From: a virus
Taxonomy: Duplodnaviria; Heunggongvirae; Uroviricota; Caudoviricetes
Direction: 5' to 3' (one strand)
Length of the DNA: 31,837 nucleotides
Virus record (IMG/VR): IMGVR_UViG_2869947659_000006
Shown here: piece after piece, positions 8,899-18,159 of the stretch
Layout of the letters: each line of letters opens with the position of its first letter
Position numbering within the stretch: the stretch's first letter is position 1
Translations under genes and position numbers: made by a program
The notes under the pieces: generated by a model
The model's database searches: none
Told to the model about the DNA's origin: nothing
What the model saw: only the letters and a program-made list of their open reading frames with translations

Positions 8899-9957
8899 AT
8901 GAAGAAGAATACCCGCTTTGCTTTTAACGCTTACCTGCAGCAACTGGCGCGTCTGAACGGTGTGGCAGTTGAAGAACTGTCCAGCAAGTTCACCGTAGAG
9001 CCGTCCGTGCAGCAGACGCTGGAAGACCAGATCCAGCAGTCCGCCGCTTTCCTGACTCTGATTAACGTCACGCCAGTGACTGAGCAGTCCGGTCAGCTGC
9101 TGGGGTTGGGAGTTGGCAGCACCATTGCCGGAACCACTGATACCACTGCGAAAGAGCGTGAACCTGTCGATCCGACGCTGATGGTCGATGTGGAATATAA
9201 ATGCGAGCAGACCAACTTTGACACGGTGCTGACCTACGCGAAGCTGGACCTGTGGGCGAAGTTTCAGGATTTTCAGGTGCGTATCCGTGACGCCATCGTG
9301 AAACGTCAGGCACTGGACCGCATCATGATCGGCTTTAATGGCGTGAAGCGTGCGAAAACCTCCAACCGTAGCGAAAACCCGCTGCTGCAGGATGTGAATA
9401 AAGGCTGGCTGCAGAAAATCCGTGAGGATGCACCGGATCACGTCATGGGCAGCACCACCACGGGCGGTGAAACCACACCGGGCGCAGTGAAAGTCGGGAA
9501 AGGTGGCGAATATGCCAACCTGGACGCCGTGGTGATGGATGCCGTCAATGAGCTTATCGACGTGGTCTACCAGGACGATGACGATCTGGTGGTGATTTGC
9601 GGTCGTGAACTGCTGTCTGACAAGTATTTCCCGCTGGTCAACAAAGAGCAGGAAAACAGTGAAAAACTGGCTGCCGATATGATCATCAGTCAGAAACGCA
9701 TGGGTGGCCTGCAGGCCGTGCGTGCGCCGTTCTTCCCGCCGAATGCGCTGCTGATCACCCGTCTGGATAACCTGTCCATCTACTGGCAGGAAGACACCCG
9801 CCGCCGTTCAGTTATCGACAACCCGAAACGTGACCGGATTGAAAACTTTGAATCCGTTAACGAAGCCTATGTGGTTGAGGACTACCGCTGCGCCGCACTG
9901 GTGGAAAACATCCAGATTAGTGATTTCAGCGCCGCCGCAGCCGAAACCGGAGCGTAA
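8899..9957 (+). CDS. N: Major capsid protein, P2 gpN homolog
   Basis: 352 aa; matches P2 gpN along its length (TRFAFNAYL..., FTVEPSVQQTL, GKGGEYANLDAVVMDA). Confidence 0.9.
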   Translation: MKKNTRFAFNAYLQQLARLNGVAVEELSSKFTVEPSVQQTLEDQIQQSAAFLTLINVTPVTEQSGQLLGLGVGSTIAGTTDTTAKEREPVDPTLMVDVEYKCEQTNFDTVLTYAKLDLWAKFQDFQVRIRDAIVKRQALDRIMIGFNGVKRAKTSNRSENPLLQDVNKGWLQKIREDAPDHVMGSTTTGGETTPGAVKVGKGGEYANLDAVVMDAVNELIDVVYQDDDDLVVICGRELLSDKYFPLVNKEQENSEKLAADMIISQKRMGGLQAVRAPFFPPNALLITRLDNLSIYWQEDTRRRSVIDNPKRDRIENFESVNEAYVVEDYRCAALVENIQISDFSAAAAETGA

Positions 9958-9960
9958 TCC

Positions 9961-10611
9961 ATGAGCCTGAGTCCCGCACGGCAGCATCGCCTGCGCGTTC
10001 AGGCTGAACAGGCCGTCCGTGAGGGTGGCAGTGTTCGCCACGCATCGGGCTATGACCTGATGCTGCTGCAACTGGCGGAAGACCGCCGCCGTCTCAAGGG
10101 CGTTCAGTCCACGGTCAAAAAAGCGGAAATCAAAGTGGAGCTGCTGCCGAAGTACGCCGCCTGGGCGGAGGGTGTCCTGGCTGCCGGAGGCGCTCAACAG
10201 GATGACGTGCTGATGTACGTGATGTTGTGGCGCATTGATGCCGGAGATTATGCCGGGGCGCTGGAGATCGGGCGTCATGCCCTGCGTCATGGATGGGTGA
10301 TGCCGCTGGGCAACCGCAACGTGCAGACCGTGCTGACAGAGGAAATGGCAGATGCAGCGCAGAGCGCAATGCTTGCCGCCACCGGCTTTGATGCCGATCT
10401 GTTGCTGCAGACGCTGGAGCTGACAGACGGTCTGGATATGCCGGACCAGTCACGGGCACGTCTGCATAAAGCGATTGGCGCGGTCCTGAGTGAAAGCAAT
10501 CCGGCTTCCGCCCTTAATCATCTCAACCATGCGTTACAGCTCGCTCCCCGCTGTGGCGTGAAAAAAGACAAACAGCAGCTGGAGCGCAGACTGCGCAATG
10601 ACAGCCGCTGA
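9961..10611 (+). CDS. M: Terminase small (endonuclease) subunit, P2 gpM homolog
   Basis: 216 aa; position and similarity (DDVLMYVMLWRIDAGDYAGALEI). Confidence 0.85.
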   Translation: MSLSPARQHRLRVQAEQAVREGGSVRHASGYDLMLLQLAEDRRRLKGVQSTVKKAEIKVELLPKYAAWAEGVLAAGGAQQDDVLMYVMLWRIDAGDYAGALEIGRHALRHGWVMPLGNRNVQTVLTEEMADAAQSAMLAATGFDADLLLQTLELTDGLDMPDQSRARLHKAIGAVLSESNPASALNHLNHALQLAPRCGVKKDKQQLERRLRNDSR

Positions 10612-10706
10612 CAGAACGTGCCCCCGCGCACGGGCGGCACGGGGTGGCGAAAGGCACAGCCACATCAAAACCCCGTCCACCGCCCTTTATTTCAGGAGAA
10701 AGCAGC

Positions 10707-11171
10707 ATGAAGTTTGTTGCGCCAGAACAGGCACCGGAACAGGCGGAAATCATTAGAAATACGCCGTTCTGGCCTGATGTGGACCTGTCGGAGTTTCGCA
10801 GTGTCATGCGCACTGACGGCACGGTGACGCAGCCGCGTTTAAAGCAGGTTGCACTGTCGGCAATTTCGGAGGTTAACGCAGAGCTGTATGAGTTTCGCAG
10901 ACGCCAGCAGATGCTGGGGTATGCGTCGCTGGCTGAGGTTCCGGCGGAACAGCTGGACGGGAAAAGTGAGCGCATTCAGCACTATTTCAACGCGGTTTAC
11001 TGCTGGGCTCGCGCCATGCTCAACGAACGTTTCCAGGACTATGACGCCACGGCATCCGGTGCGAAGCGGGGCGAAGAACTGGCGGAAGCAAGCGGTGATT
11101 TGTGGCGTGACGCCCGCTGGGCCATCAGCCGGGTGCAGGACGCGCCGCACTGCACAGTGGAGCTTATCTGA
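10707..11171 (+). CDS. L: Head completion/stabilisation protein, P2 gpL homolog
   Basis: Start at the ATG at 10707 (MKFVAPEQ...), preceded by AGGAG. Confidence 0.85.
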   Translation: MKFVAPEQAPEQAEIIRNTPFWPDVDLSEFRSVMRTDGTVTQPRLKQVALSAISEVNAELYEFRRRQQMLGYASLAEVPAEQLDGKSERIQHYFNAVYCWARAMLNERFQDYDATASGAKRGEELAEASGDLWRDARWAISRVQDAPHCTVELI

Positions 11172-11374
11172 TGAAAGTGCGTGCGCATCAGTATGACACG
11201 GTGGACGCGCTTTGCTGGCGTCATTACGGGCGCACGCAGGGTGTCACGGAGCAGGTACTGAAGGCAAATCCGGGGCTTGCCGAATACGGCCCCTTTTTAC
11301 CTCACGGGCTGCAGGTGGAGCTGCCGGACATTCCGACCACCACCACCGTGCAGACCGTCCAGCTATGGGACTGA
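11171..11374 (+). CDS. X: Tail protein X (LysM-like), P2 gpX homolog
   Basis: 67 aa, same size and position as P2 X. Confidence 0.85.
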   Translation: MKVRAHQYDTVDALCWRHYGRTQGVTEQVLKANPGLAEYGPFLPHGLQVELPDIPTTTTVQTVQLWD

Positions 11375-11377
11375 ATT

Positions 11378-11593
11378 ATGACGCTTGAGCGAATCAGCGC
11401 CTTTATCACGTATTGCATCGCCGTCGTGCTGGCCTGGCTGGGCGATTTGTCCATCAAGGATGCCTCAACGCTGGGCGGCCTGATGATTGGTGTGCTGATG
11501 CTGGCTATCAACTGGTACTACAAACACAAAGCCTACCAGCTTCTGCGCGACGGGCAGATCTCGCGGGAGGACTATGAATCCATCAATCGTTAA
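11378..11593 (+). CDS. Putative holin (71 aa, pinholin-like small membrane protein)
   Basis: Two hydrophobic segments; lies immediately upstream of, and overlapping, the endolysin gene. Confidence 0.6.
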   Translation: MTLERISAFITYCIAVVLAWLGDLSIKDASTLGGLMIGVLMLAINWYYKHKAYQLLRDGQISREDYESINR

Positions 11594-12086
11594 ACGCTGC
11601 CTTGTCGGGGCCGTGCTGGCTATTGCTGCCACGCTGCCGGGTTTTCAGCAGCTTCACACCTCCGTGGAGGGACTGAAACTGATTGCCGATTACGAAGGTT
11701 GTCGTCTGCAGCCGTATCAGTGCAGCGCGGGTGTCTGGACCGACGGTATTGGTAATACGTCGGGCGTCATTCCCGGCAAAACCATTACGGAGCGACAGGC
11801 AGCAGAAGGGCTGATCTCCAACGTGCTGCGTGTGGAGCGGGCGCTGGAAAAGTGTGTGAAGCAACAGCCGCCGCAGAAGGTGTATGACGCTGCGGTGTCG
11901 TTTGCCTTCAACGTGGGTACGGGCAATGCCTGCAGTTCCACGCTGGTGAAATTGCTCAATCAGCGGCGCTGGGCGGATGCGTGCCGACAGTTGCCGCGCT
12001 GGGTTTATGTGAAAGGTGTTTTTAATCAGGGGCTGGATAACCGCCGTGCGCGGGAGATGGCCTGGTGTTTACAGGGAGCAAACTGA
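11574..12086 (+). CDS. Endolysin, lysozyme-like with an N-terminal signal-anchor-release (SAR) segment
   Basis: Hydrophobic N-terminus MNPSIVKRCLVGAVLAIAATLPGF; resemblance to the phage 21 R endolysin (GVWTDGIGNT, C-terminal MAWCLQG). Confidence 0.85.
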   Translation: MNPSIVKRCLVGAVLAIAATLPGFQQLHTSVEGLKLIADYEGCRLQPYQCSAGVWTDGIGNTSGVIPGKTITERQAAEGLISNVLRVERALEKCVKQQPPQKVYDAAVSFAFNVGTGNACSSTLVKLLNQRRWADACRQLPRWVYVKGVFNQGLDNRRAREMAWCLQGAN

Positions 12087-12087
12087 A

Positions 12088-12465
12088 ATGAAAAAGAAAT
12101 TAATCAGCGGGCTGTTTCTGATGTTATGGATGGCGCTGTTAATCGCAGCAATGGTGTATCCGCAGGGGATTTTTCCGGTACTGGCAGCGTCCGGCGTTTG
12201 GGTAGCCTGTTTACTGACATGGGCGGTAATTCCGGTAGCACTGGCTTCGTTAATTAAGAATGGCCCGCTCTGGCAGGAGTTGAGGGCATCTTTACTGAAG
12301 ACAATTACCCGAAAAGAAAACGTATTTATCAGCTGGGTGATACGATTGCTGATTGTCGTCAGTCTCGCCTGGACGGGGTGGGCCATTACCCTGGTCTTTT
12401 ATCTGCTGACCGTTATTGCCTTCTGGATCACCCATAATCAGATGGCGCAACAGGTAGCCGCATGA
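12088..12465 (+). CDS. Lysis-associated membrane protein (LysA-like)
   Basis: 125 aa with multiple hydrophobic helices; GGAG ribosome-binding site; sits between the endolysin and Rz-like genes as lysA does in P2. Confidence 0.6.
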   Translation: MKKKLISGLFLMLWMALLIAAMVYPQGIFPVLAASGVWVACLLTWAVIPVALASLIKNGPLWQELRASLLKTITRKENVFISWVIRLLIVVSLAWTGWAITLVFYLLTVIAFWITHNQMAQQVAA

Positions 12466-12890
12466 ACCGGTTGCTGCTGGTTGTGCTGGCGTTATTATTG
12501 GCGGCGCTGGGCTGGCTGACGTGGCGGCTGGCTGATGCCAGCCAGACCATCAGCACGCAGGCAGACGAGCTGCAGAGCAAAAGCCAGGCACTGGCAAAGA
12601 GCAACAGCCAGCTTATCAGCCTGTCCATTCTGACTGAAACCAATAACCGGGAGCAGGCGCGGCTCTATGCCGAAGCAGAACAGACCAGTGTACTGCTGAG
12701 ACAACGACAACGCCGGATTGAGGAACTGAAACGTGAGAACGAGGATTTACGTCGCTGGGCTGATACTCCTTTGCCTGCTGACATTATCCGGCTGCGGGAA
12801 CGTCCGGCACTCACCGGAGGTGCAGCTTACCGTCAGTGGTTGTCCGCGAGTGACGCCGTGTCGGCTGGAGCAGGCAGCGCCGCGCACTAA
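12462..12890 (+). CDS. Rz-like i-spanin (LysB-like)
   Basis: N-terminal transmembrane segment, then a coiled-coil-like periplasmic region; ATGA overlap with the upstream gene. Confidence 0.75.
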   Translation: MNRLLLVVLALLLAALGWLTWRLADASQTISTQADELQSKSQALAKSNSQLISLSILTETNNREQARLYAEAEQTSVLLRQRQRRIEELKRENEDLRRWADTPLPADIIRLRERPALTGGAAYRQWLSASDAVSAGAGSAAH

Positions 12891-13023
12891 CGGTGATCTG
12901 AATGCGTTGCTGGATGAAACGGAGGCCGCCTGGGCGGTCTGTGCAGACAAAGTGGACATGATTATTGCGTGTCAGGAGCGAAACAGTGAACAAACCACAA
13001 TCCCTGCGCCACGCCCTCAATAA
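12733..13023 (+). CDS. Rz1-like o-spanin lipoprotein (LysC-like), embedded in and overlapping the Rz gene in another frame
   Basis: Signal peptide with lipobox LTLSGC; GTG start with GAGGA upstream; 96 aa, as for P2 LysC. Confidence 0.65.
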   Translation: MRTRIYVAGLILLCLLTLSGCGNVRHSPEVQLTVSGCPRVTPCRLEQAAPRTNGDLNALLDETEAAWAVCADKVDMIIACQERNSEQTTIPAPRPQ

Positions 13024-13417
13024 AGCAGTGCCTTATGTCCGTAATAACCCGGACAAACTGCATCTGTTTGTGGATAACGGTTCGCTGGTTGCCTCCGGGG
13101 CTAGCTCCATGTCATGGGAGTACCGCTACACCCTGAACGTGGTGATTGAAGATTTCAGCGGCGACCAGAATCTGCTGATGGCCCCGGTTTTGCTGTGGCT
13201 GCGGGATAACCAGCCCGATGCGATCAATAACCCGGCGTTACGGGAAAAGCTATTCACCTTTGAGGTGGATATTCTGCGCAACGATGTCTGTGATATCAGC
13301 CTTAACCTGCAACTGACGGAGCGTGTGCTGGTCAGCACTGACGGCAGTGTGTCGAACGTTGAAGCGGTAGCGGAACCTGATGAACCTGAAGAAATGTGGA
13401 CGGTGAAACGTGGCTGA
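12986..13417 (+). CDS. R: Tail completion protein, P2 gpR homolog
   Basis: GTG start after AGGAG; KPQSLRHALNKAV...HLFVDNGS matches the gpR N-terminus. Confidence 0.85.
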   Translation: MNKPQSLRHALNKAVPYVRNNPDKLHLFVDNGSLVASGASSMSWEYRYTLNVVIEDFSGDQNLLMAPVLLWLRDNQPDAINNPALREKLFTFEVDILRNDVCDISLNLQLTERVLVSTDGSVSNVEAVAEPDEPEEMWTVKRG

Positions 13418-13853
13418 ATTGCAGAAGGTGGACGACTGGCTGAGTGCATTATTGGCGAATCTGGAGCCAGCCGCAAGAAGCCGCATGATGCGCCAGCTGG
13501 CGCAGGAACTGCGCCGGACACAGCAGCAGAACATCAGGATGCAGCGCAATCCAGATGGCAGCAGTTATGAGCCGCGCAGGGTAACAGCACGCAGCAAAAA
13601 GGGGCGCATCAAACGTCAGATGTTTACAAAGCTGCGCACCACAAAATACCTGAAAACTGCAGCCAGCGCCGATTCTGCCAGCGTACAGTTTGAAGGTAGG
13701 GTGCAGCGCATTGCCCGTATTCACCATTACGGCTTGAGTGATCGCGTCAGTCGAAAAGGTATTTATACCATCTATGCGAAAAGGCAGTTATTAGGTTTTA
13801 ATGTCCAATCTATTGAGTTAATTGAAAGAATGTTCATTAAAAACCTAACTTGA
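13410..13853 (+). CDS. S: Tail completion/virion morphogenesis protein, P2 gpS homolog
   Basis: 147 aa with RVQRIARIHHYGLSDRVSR; the 3' end becomes AT-rich. Confidence 0.85.
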   Translation: MAELQKVDDWLSALLANLEPAARSRMMRQLAQELRRTQQQNIRMQRNPDGSSYEPRRVTARSKKGRIKRQMFTKLRTTKYLKTAASADSASVQFEGRVQRIARIHHYGLSDRVSRKGIYTIYAKRQLLGFNVQSIELIERMFIKNLT

Positions 13854-13931
13854 TTTTTATTTGTTTTCAATTGAGTGGTAATGCTGCCAACTTACTGATT
13901 TAGTGTATGATGGTGATTTTAAGGTGCTTGC

Positions 13932-14207
13932 GTGGCTTCCATTTCCATCAGATGTCCTTCCTGCTCCGCTACTGAAGGCGTGGTGCGTAACGGCAAAAGC
14001 ACTGCCGGACATCAGCGCTATCTCTGCTCTCATTGCCGTAAAACATGGCAACTACAGTTCACTTACACCGCCTCTCAGCCCGGTACGCACCAGAAAATCA
14101 TTGATATGGCCATGAATGGCGTCGGATGTCGCGCCAGTGCACGCATTATGGGCGTTGGCCTCAACACGGTTTTACGTCACTTAAAAAACTCAGGCCGCAG
14201 TCGGTAA
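13932..14207 (+). CDS. insA: IS1 InsA
   Basis: 91 aa, [23 protein letters not shown]... Confidence 0.9.
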   Translation: MASISIRCPSCSATEGVVRNGKSTAGHQRYLCSHCRKTWQLQFTYTASQPGTHQKIIDMAMNGVGCRASARIMGVGLNTVLRHLKNSGRSR

Positions 14208-14629
14208 CCTCGCGCATACAACCGGGCAGTGATGTGATTGTCTGCGCTGAAATGGACGAACAGTGGGGCTACGTCGGTGCTAAATCACGTCAGCGCTGGC
14301 TGTTTTACGCGTATGACAGGATACGGAGGACGGTTGTGGCGCACGTCTTCGGTGAACGCACTCTGGCCACACTGGAGCGTCTTCTGAGCCTGCTGTCGGC
14401 CTTTGAGGTCGTGGTATGGATGACGGATGGCTGGCCGCTGTATGAATCACGCCTGAAGGGAAAGCTGCACGTTATCAGCAAGCGTTACACTCAGCGCATT
14501 GAGCGACATAATCTGAATCTGAGACAACATCTGGCAAGGCTGGGACGGAAGTCACTGTCGTTCTCAAAATCGGTGGAGCTGCATGACAAGGTCATCGGGC
14601 ATTATCTGAACATAAAACACTATCAGTAA
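14126..14629 (+). CDS. insB: IS1 InsB (made as an InsAB' fusion by -1 frameshift at the A6C motif near 14186)
   Basis: 167-aa ORF overlapping insA; TTAAAAAACTC slippery motif. Confidence 0.85.
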   Translation: MSRQCTHYGRWPQHGFTSLKKLRPQSVTSRIQPGSDVIVCAEMDEQWGYVGAKSRQRWLFYAYDRIRRTVVAHVFGERTLATLERLLSLLSAFEVVVWMTDGWPLYESRLKGKLHVISKRYTQRIERHNLNLRQHLARLGRKSLSFSKSVELHDKVIGHYLNIKHYQ

Positions 14630-14639
14630 GTTGGAGTCA

Positions 14640-15653
14640 TTACCCAATTGAGTTAGATATAGATAGGAATGTGTCCCCTATTTCTATAGATAGTTGTTTA
14701 ATTAAATTCATGAAAATTAAATTCTCTTCGTTGCAGTCATTTTTCAGTAGACAGCACGTTGATTGAGTAAGACTAAGGGCTGTAGCATGTGCAGGGTCAA
14801 CTAATCCGAAATTACTTGGACCTATGTTGATGACGTTCTTCAGGTGATGGGGTAGTGACAAGCTATTAGTGATTGTTTTTATATTTACATGGATGTTTTG
14901 GCATGCCCATTTAAAATATGGGCGCATGTGATCTAATTTAACTTCTTTTTCAATTGATTTAAAGCTAGCTTTGTGTTTCTTATCAGTTAAAAATGGTGTG
15001 GCCCAACCATATTGCGAATCAAAACTTCTGCCATATGTTTTAATGGCTTTATCGAACAAGTCTGTTAATTCTCTGGCCTCTTCATTACTGGGCCCTTTCT
15101 CTTGAAGCCTGCTTTCATACTTTTTATGTGACATCATTAGATAATAGCTATCATAAATTTCATGTGCTAAAAATATTTCTGAGCATTTAGGACCATGCTT
15201 GTTGATGAAATGAAGTGTTACATTTGTTTCATGCAGTGCTCTCCATCTTGCATGGGCTGCGTCAGGAAATCCATTTTTTAATAGACATAAAATCTCGTTA
15301 GAAATTGCACATGCCTTTGCGTGTAATCTAATTAGTAATTGCAAATGGTTGTTTGTGTCGGTGTCTTTATCTTGTTGTAAGCTTGTACTATATTTAGAAC
15401 CTTGATTAATACATAACTCTAACAACAACTCTAATAATCCAAAACCATCTCTCCAAATATTAATATGTCTTTTTATGAAATTTTGATGTTCTTGTTCATT
15501 TTGGGCCAGTAATTCTGCTTTTTTTTCTTTAAATTCCGACATGTATTCATTTGCTTTGAAGTCTATGAACTCCCAGTATAGCTTTTCAAAATTTTCTCTG
15601 GTTGCATCGGGAAGACTGTTTTTATTTGAGCTTAACCATTCTTTAAAATCCAT
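14640..15653 (-). CDS. AT-rich cargo protein of unknown function (337 aa) at the P2 S/V (orf30) position; 3' end altered by IS1
   Basis: About 38% G+C in a hand-counted 60-nt stretch. Convergent with S. A possible HEPN-like R-x4-H motif (RWRALH) is a weak hint only. Confidence 0.7.
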   Translation of the reverse strand: MDFKEWLSSNKNSLPDATRENFEKLYWEFIDFKANEYMSEFKEKKAELLAQNEQEHQNFIKRHINIWRDGFGLLELLLELCINQGSKYSTSLQQDKDTDTNNHLQLLIRLHAKACAISNEILCLLKNGFPDAAHARWRALHETNVTLHFINKHGPKCSEIFLAHEIYDSYYLMMSHKKYESRLQEKGPSNEEARELTDLFDKAIKTYGRSFDSQYGWATPFLTDKKHKASFKSIEKEVKLDHMRPYFKWACQNIHVNIKTITNSLSLPHHLKNVINIGPSNFGLVDPAHATALSLTQSTCCLLKNDCNEENLIFMNLIKQLSIEIGDTFLSISNSIG

Positions 15654-15667
15654 TGTGTTCCCCTATT

Positions 15668-15685
15668 TGTACCATGTTTTATACA
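15668..15685. promoter_or_regulatory. Ogr-type TGT-N12-ACA dyad in the 78-bp divergent region between the cargo gene and V
   Basis: TGTaccatgttttatACA, centred about 56 bp upstream of the V start codon. Confidence 0.35.
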
Positions 15686-15731
15686 ACGAACTGTAAGCGA
15701 TTATATGGTTTTTTTCATTCATATTTAATAT

Positions 15732-16310
15732 ATGGACAAAAATCTAACAGAAATCATGCGCCTTATCACCAACCTGATCCGCACTGGGGTAGTCACCGAA
15801 GTGGACAGGACAAACTGGCTTTGCCGGGTGAAAACGGGCGACCTTGAAACCAACTGGATCAGCTGGCTGACGCTGCGTGCCGGGAATGCCCGGACATGGT
15901 GGCGACCATCGGAAGGTGAGCAGGTGGTGCTGCTGAGTATGGGCGGTAATCTGGAAACAGCTTTTGCGCTGCCCGCCATCTATTCGAATCAGTTCGCACC
16001 ACCGTCGACGTCGGCGGACGCCTGCGTGACAGAACATCCTGACGGTGGCTGGTTTGAATACGAACCTGCCACCGGGCGCTGGTATGTCAGGGGCATCAAA
16101 TCCATGGTCATTGAGGCTGCCGATAACATCACCCTGAAAACCAGTGAGTTTGTGCTGGAGGCTGAGTGCACGCGTATTAACAGCGAAGTGGTGGTCAATG
16201 GTGGCGTTACTCAGGGCGGCGGAGCGATGAGTTCTAACGGGATCGTGGTTGATGCGCATCAGCATACTGGCGTCCTGAAAGGCGGCGATACAACCGGAGG
16301 CCCGGTATGA
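15732..16310 (+). CDS. V: Baseplate spike protein, P2 gpV homolog
   Basis: 192 aa; matches P2 V (TNWISWLTLRAGNARTWW.PSEGEQV). Confidence 0.9.
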   Translation: MDKNLTEIMRLITNLIRTGVVTEVDRTNWLCRVKTGDLETNWISWLTLRAGNARTWWRPSEGEQVVLLSMGGNLETAFALPAIYSNQFAPPSTSADACVTEHPDGGWFEYEPATGRWYVRGIKSMVIEAADNITLKTSEFVLEAECTRINSEVVVNGGVTQGGGAMSSNGIVVDAHQHTGVLKGGDTTGGPV

Positions 16311-16666
16311 CGCTTTATAGCGGGATGAACAATACCAGCGGTAAAGCCATTACTGATATTGACCATCTGCGCCAGTCGGTGCGGGACATTTTGCTGACGC
16401 CGCAGGGTAGCCGCATTGCCCGTCGGGAATATGGTTCCCTGCTGTCGGCACTGATAGACCAGCCACAAAATCCGGCATTACGCCTGCAGGTCATGTCGGC
16501 AGTGTATGTGGCGCTGAGTCGCTGGGAGCCACGGCTGACGCTGTATTCCATCACCATTAACAGCAATTTTGACGGTTCAATGGTGGTGGGACTGACCGGG
16601 CGGCGTAATAACGGTGTGCCTGTTTCCCTTTCCGTATCAACAGGAGCAGAGAATGGCAGTGATTGA
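16307..16666 (+). CDS. W: Baseplate protein, P2 gpW homolog
   Basis: 119 aa; ATGA overlap with the V stop. Confidence 0.85.
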   Translation: MTLYSGMNNTSGKAITDIDHLRQSVRDILLTPQGSRIARREYGSLLSALIDQPQNPALRLQVMSAVYVALSRWEPRLTLYSITINSNFDGSMVVGLTGRRNNGVPVSLSVSTGAENGSD

Positions 16667-17561
16667 CCTTTCGCAGTTGCCTGCGCCGCAGATTGTCGAT
16701 GTGCCGGACTTTGAGACGTTGCTTGCCGAACGCAAGGCCGAATTTGTTGCGCTTCATCCGAAAGATGAGCAGGAAGCCGTGATCCGCACGCTGGAACTGG
16801 AATCTGAACCCGTCACCAAATTGCTGCAGGAGAACGCTTACCGTGAGTTGCTTCTGCGCCAGCGCATTAACGAAGCCGCGCAGGCGGTGATGGTGGCTTA
16901 CGCGATGGGCGGCGATCTTGACCAGCTCGCTGCCAACTACAACGTGAAACGCCTGACGGTGACGCCTGCTGATAATGACGCTGTGCCACCCGTTGCGGCT
17001 GTGATGGAAAGCGATGAAGCGTTACGCCTGCGTGTGCCCGCAGCCTTTGAAGGGCTTTCTGTTGCGGGGCCAACTGCCGCTTATGAATTTCATGCCCGAA
17101 GCGCCGACGGTCGGGTGGCGGATGCCAGTGCAACCAGTCCGGCACCTGCAGAGGTGGTACTGACTGTCCTGAGCCGTGAAGGCGACGGAACAGCAGAAAA
17201 AGATTTGCTGGATGTGGTGGAGAAAGCACTGAACAGTGAGAATGTCCGCCCGGTGGCTGACCGTCTGACGGTTCGCAGCGCAGAAATCATCCCGTACCGT
17301 GTGGAAGCCACCATTTTTCTCTATCCGGGGCCGGAAGCAGAGCCGGTAATGGCAGCGGCAAAAGCCAGCCTGCAGAAATACATCGCCAGTCAGACGCGGC
17401 TTGGTCGGGATATTCGCCGTAGCGCCATCTTTGCCGCCCTGCATGTTGAGGGTGTGCAGCGTGTGGAGCTGGCTTCGCCGCTGGCGGATGTGGTTTTGAA
17501 CAAAACGCAGGCGGCATCATGTACGGAGTGGAGCGTGACCAACGGGGGAACGGATGAATAG
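16653..17561 (+). CDS. J: Baseplate protein, P2 gpJ homolog
   Basis: Start MAVIDLSQLPAPQIV... after AGGAG. Confidence 0.9.
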   Translation: MAVIDLSQLPAPQIVDVPDFETLLAERKAEFVALHPKDEQEAVIRTLELESEPVTKLLQENAYRELLLRQRINEAAQAVMVAYAMGGDLDQLAANYNVKRLTVTPADNDAVPPVAAVMESDEALRLRVPAAFEGLSVAGPTAAYEFHARSADGRVADASATSPAPAEVVLTVLSREGDGTAEKDLLDVVEKALNSENVRPVADRLTVRSAEIIPYRVEATIFLYPGPEAEPVMAAAKASLQKYIASQTRLGRDIRRSAIFAALHVEGVQRVELASPLADVVLNKTQAASCTEWSVTNGGTDE

Positions 17562-18159
17562 TCTGCTGCCATCGGGGTCAACTTCACTGGAGCGCCGACT
17601 GGCGCAAACGTGCAGCGGGATTTCTGATCTGCAGGTGCCGCTGCGTGACTTGTGGAATCCGGCTACCTGCCCGGTCAGCTTCCTGCCTTATCTCGCCTGG
17701 GCGTTCTCTGTGGATCGCTGGGACGAGGGCTGGACGGAAAGCGTCAAACGACAGGTGGTGAAGGATGCTTTTTATATTCATCAGCATAAAGGAACCACCA
17801 GTGCCGTGCGGCGGGTGGTGGAGCCGTTCGGCTTCCTGATCCGCATTATTGAGTGGTGGCAGACCGGAGAAACACCGGGTACGTTTCGCCTGGATATCGG
17901 CGTGCAGGACCAGGGCATCACTGAAGATACCTATCTGGAACTTGAGCGACTGATAAGCGATGCCAAACCATGTAGCCGTCACATGATCGGCATGTCCATC
18001 AATCTGCAGACCAGCGGCCCACATTGGGTGGGAGCCGCCAGCTATCTTGGCGAAGAAATCACGATCTATCCGTATATCAACGAAACAATTATTTCCGGCG
18101 GCACCGCGCATGAAGGCGGGGCGGTCCATGTTATTGACACAATGAGAGTGAATCCATGA
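17554..18159 (+). CDS. I: Baseplate protein, P2 gpI homolog
   Basis: 201 aa; position and similarity. Confidence 0.9.
   Translation: MNSLLPSGSTSLERRLAQTCSGISDLQVPLRDLWNPATCPVSFLPYLAWAFSVDRWDEGWTESVKRQVVKDAFYIHQHKGTTSAVRRVVEPFGFLIRIIEWWQTGETPGTFRLDIGVQDQGITEDTYLELERLISDAKPCSRHMIGMSINLQTSGPHWVGAASYLGEEITIYPYINETIISGGTAHEGGAVHVIDTMRVNP

Larger units (their letters stand above)
13877..14644 (+). mobile_element. IS1 (768 bp), flanked by a 9-bp target-site duplication CAATTGAGT
   Basis: Ends GGTAATGCTGCCAACTTACTGAT... and ...GTTGGAGTCATTACC. Direct repeats at 13868-13876 and 14645-14653. Confidence 0.9.
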
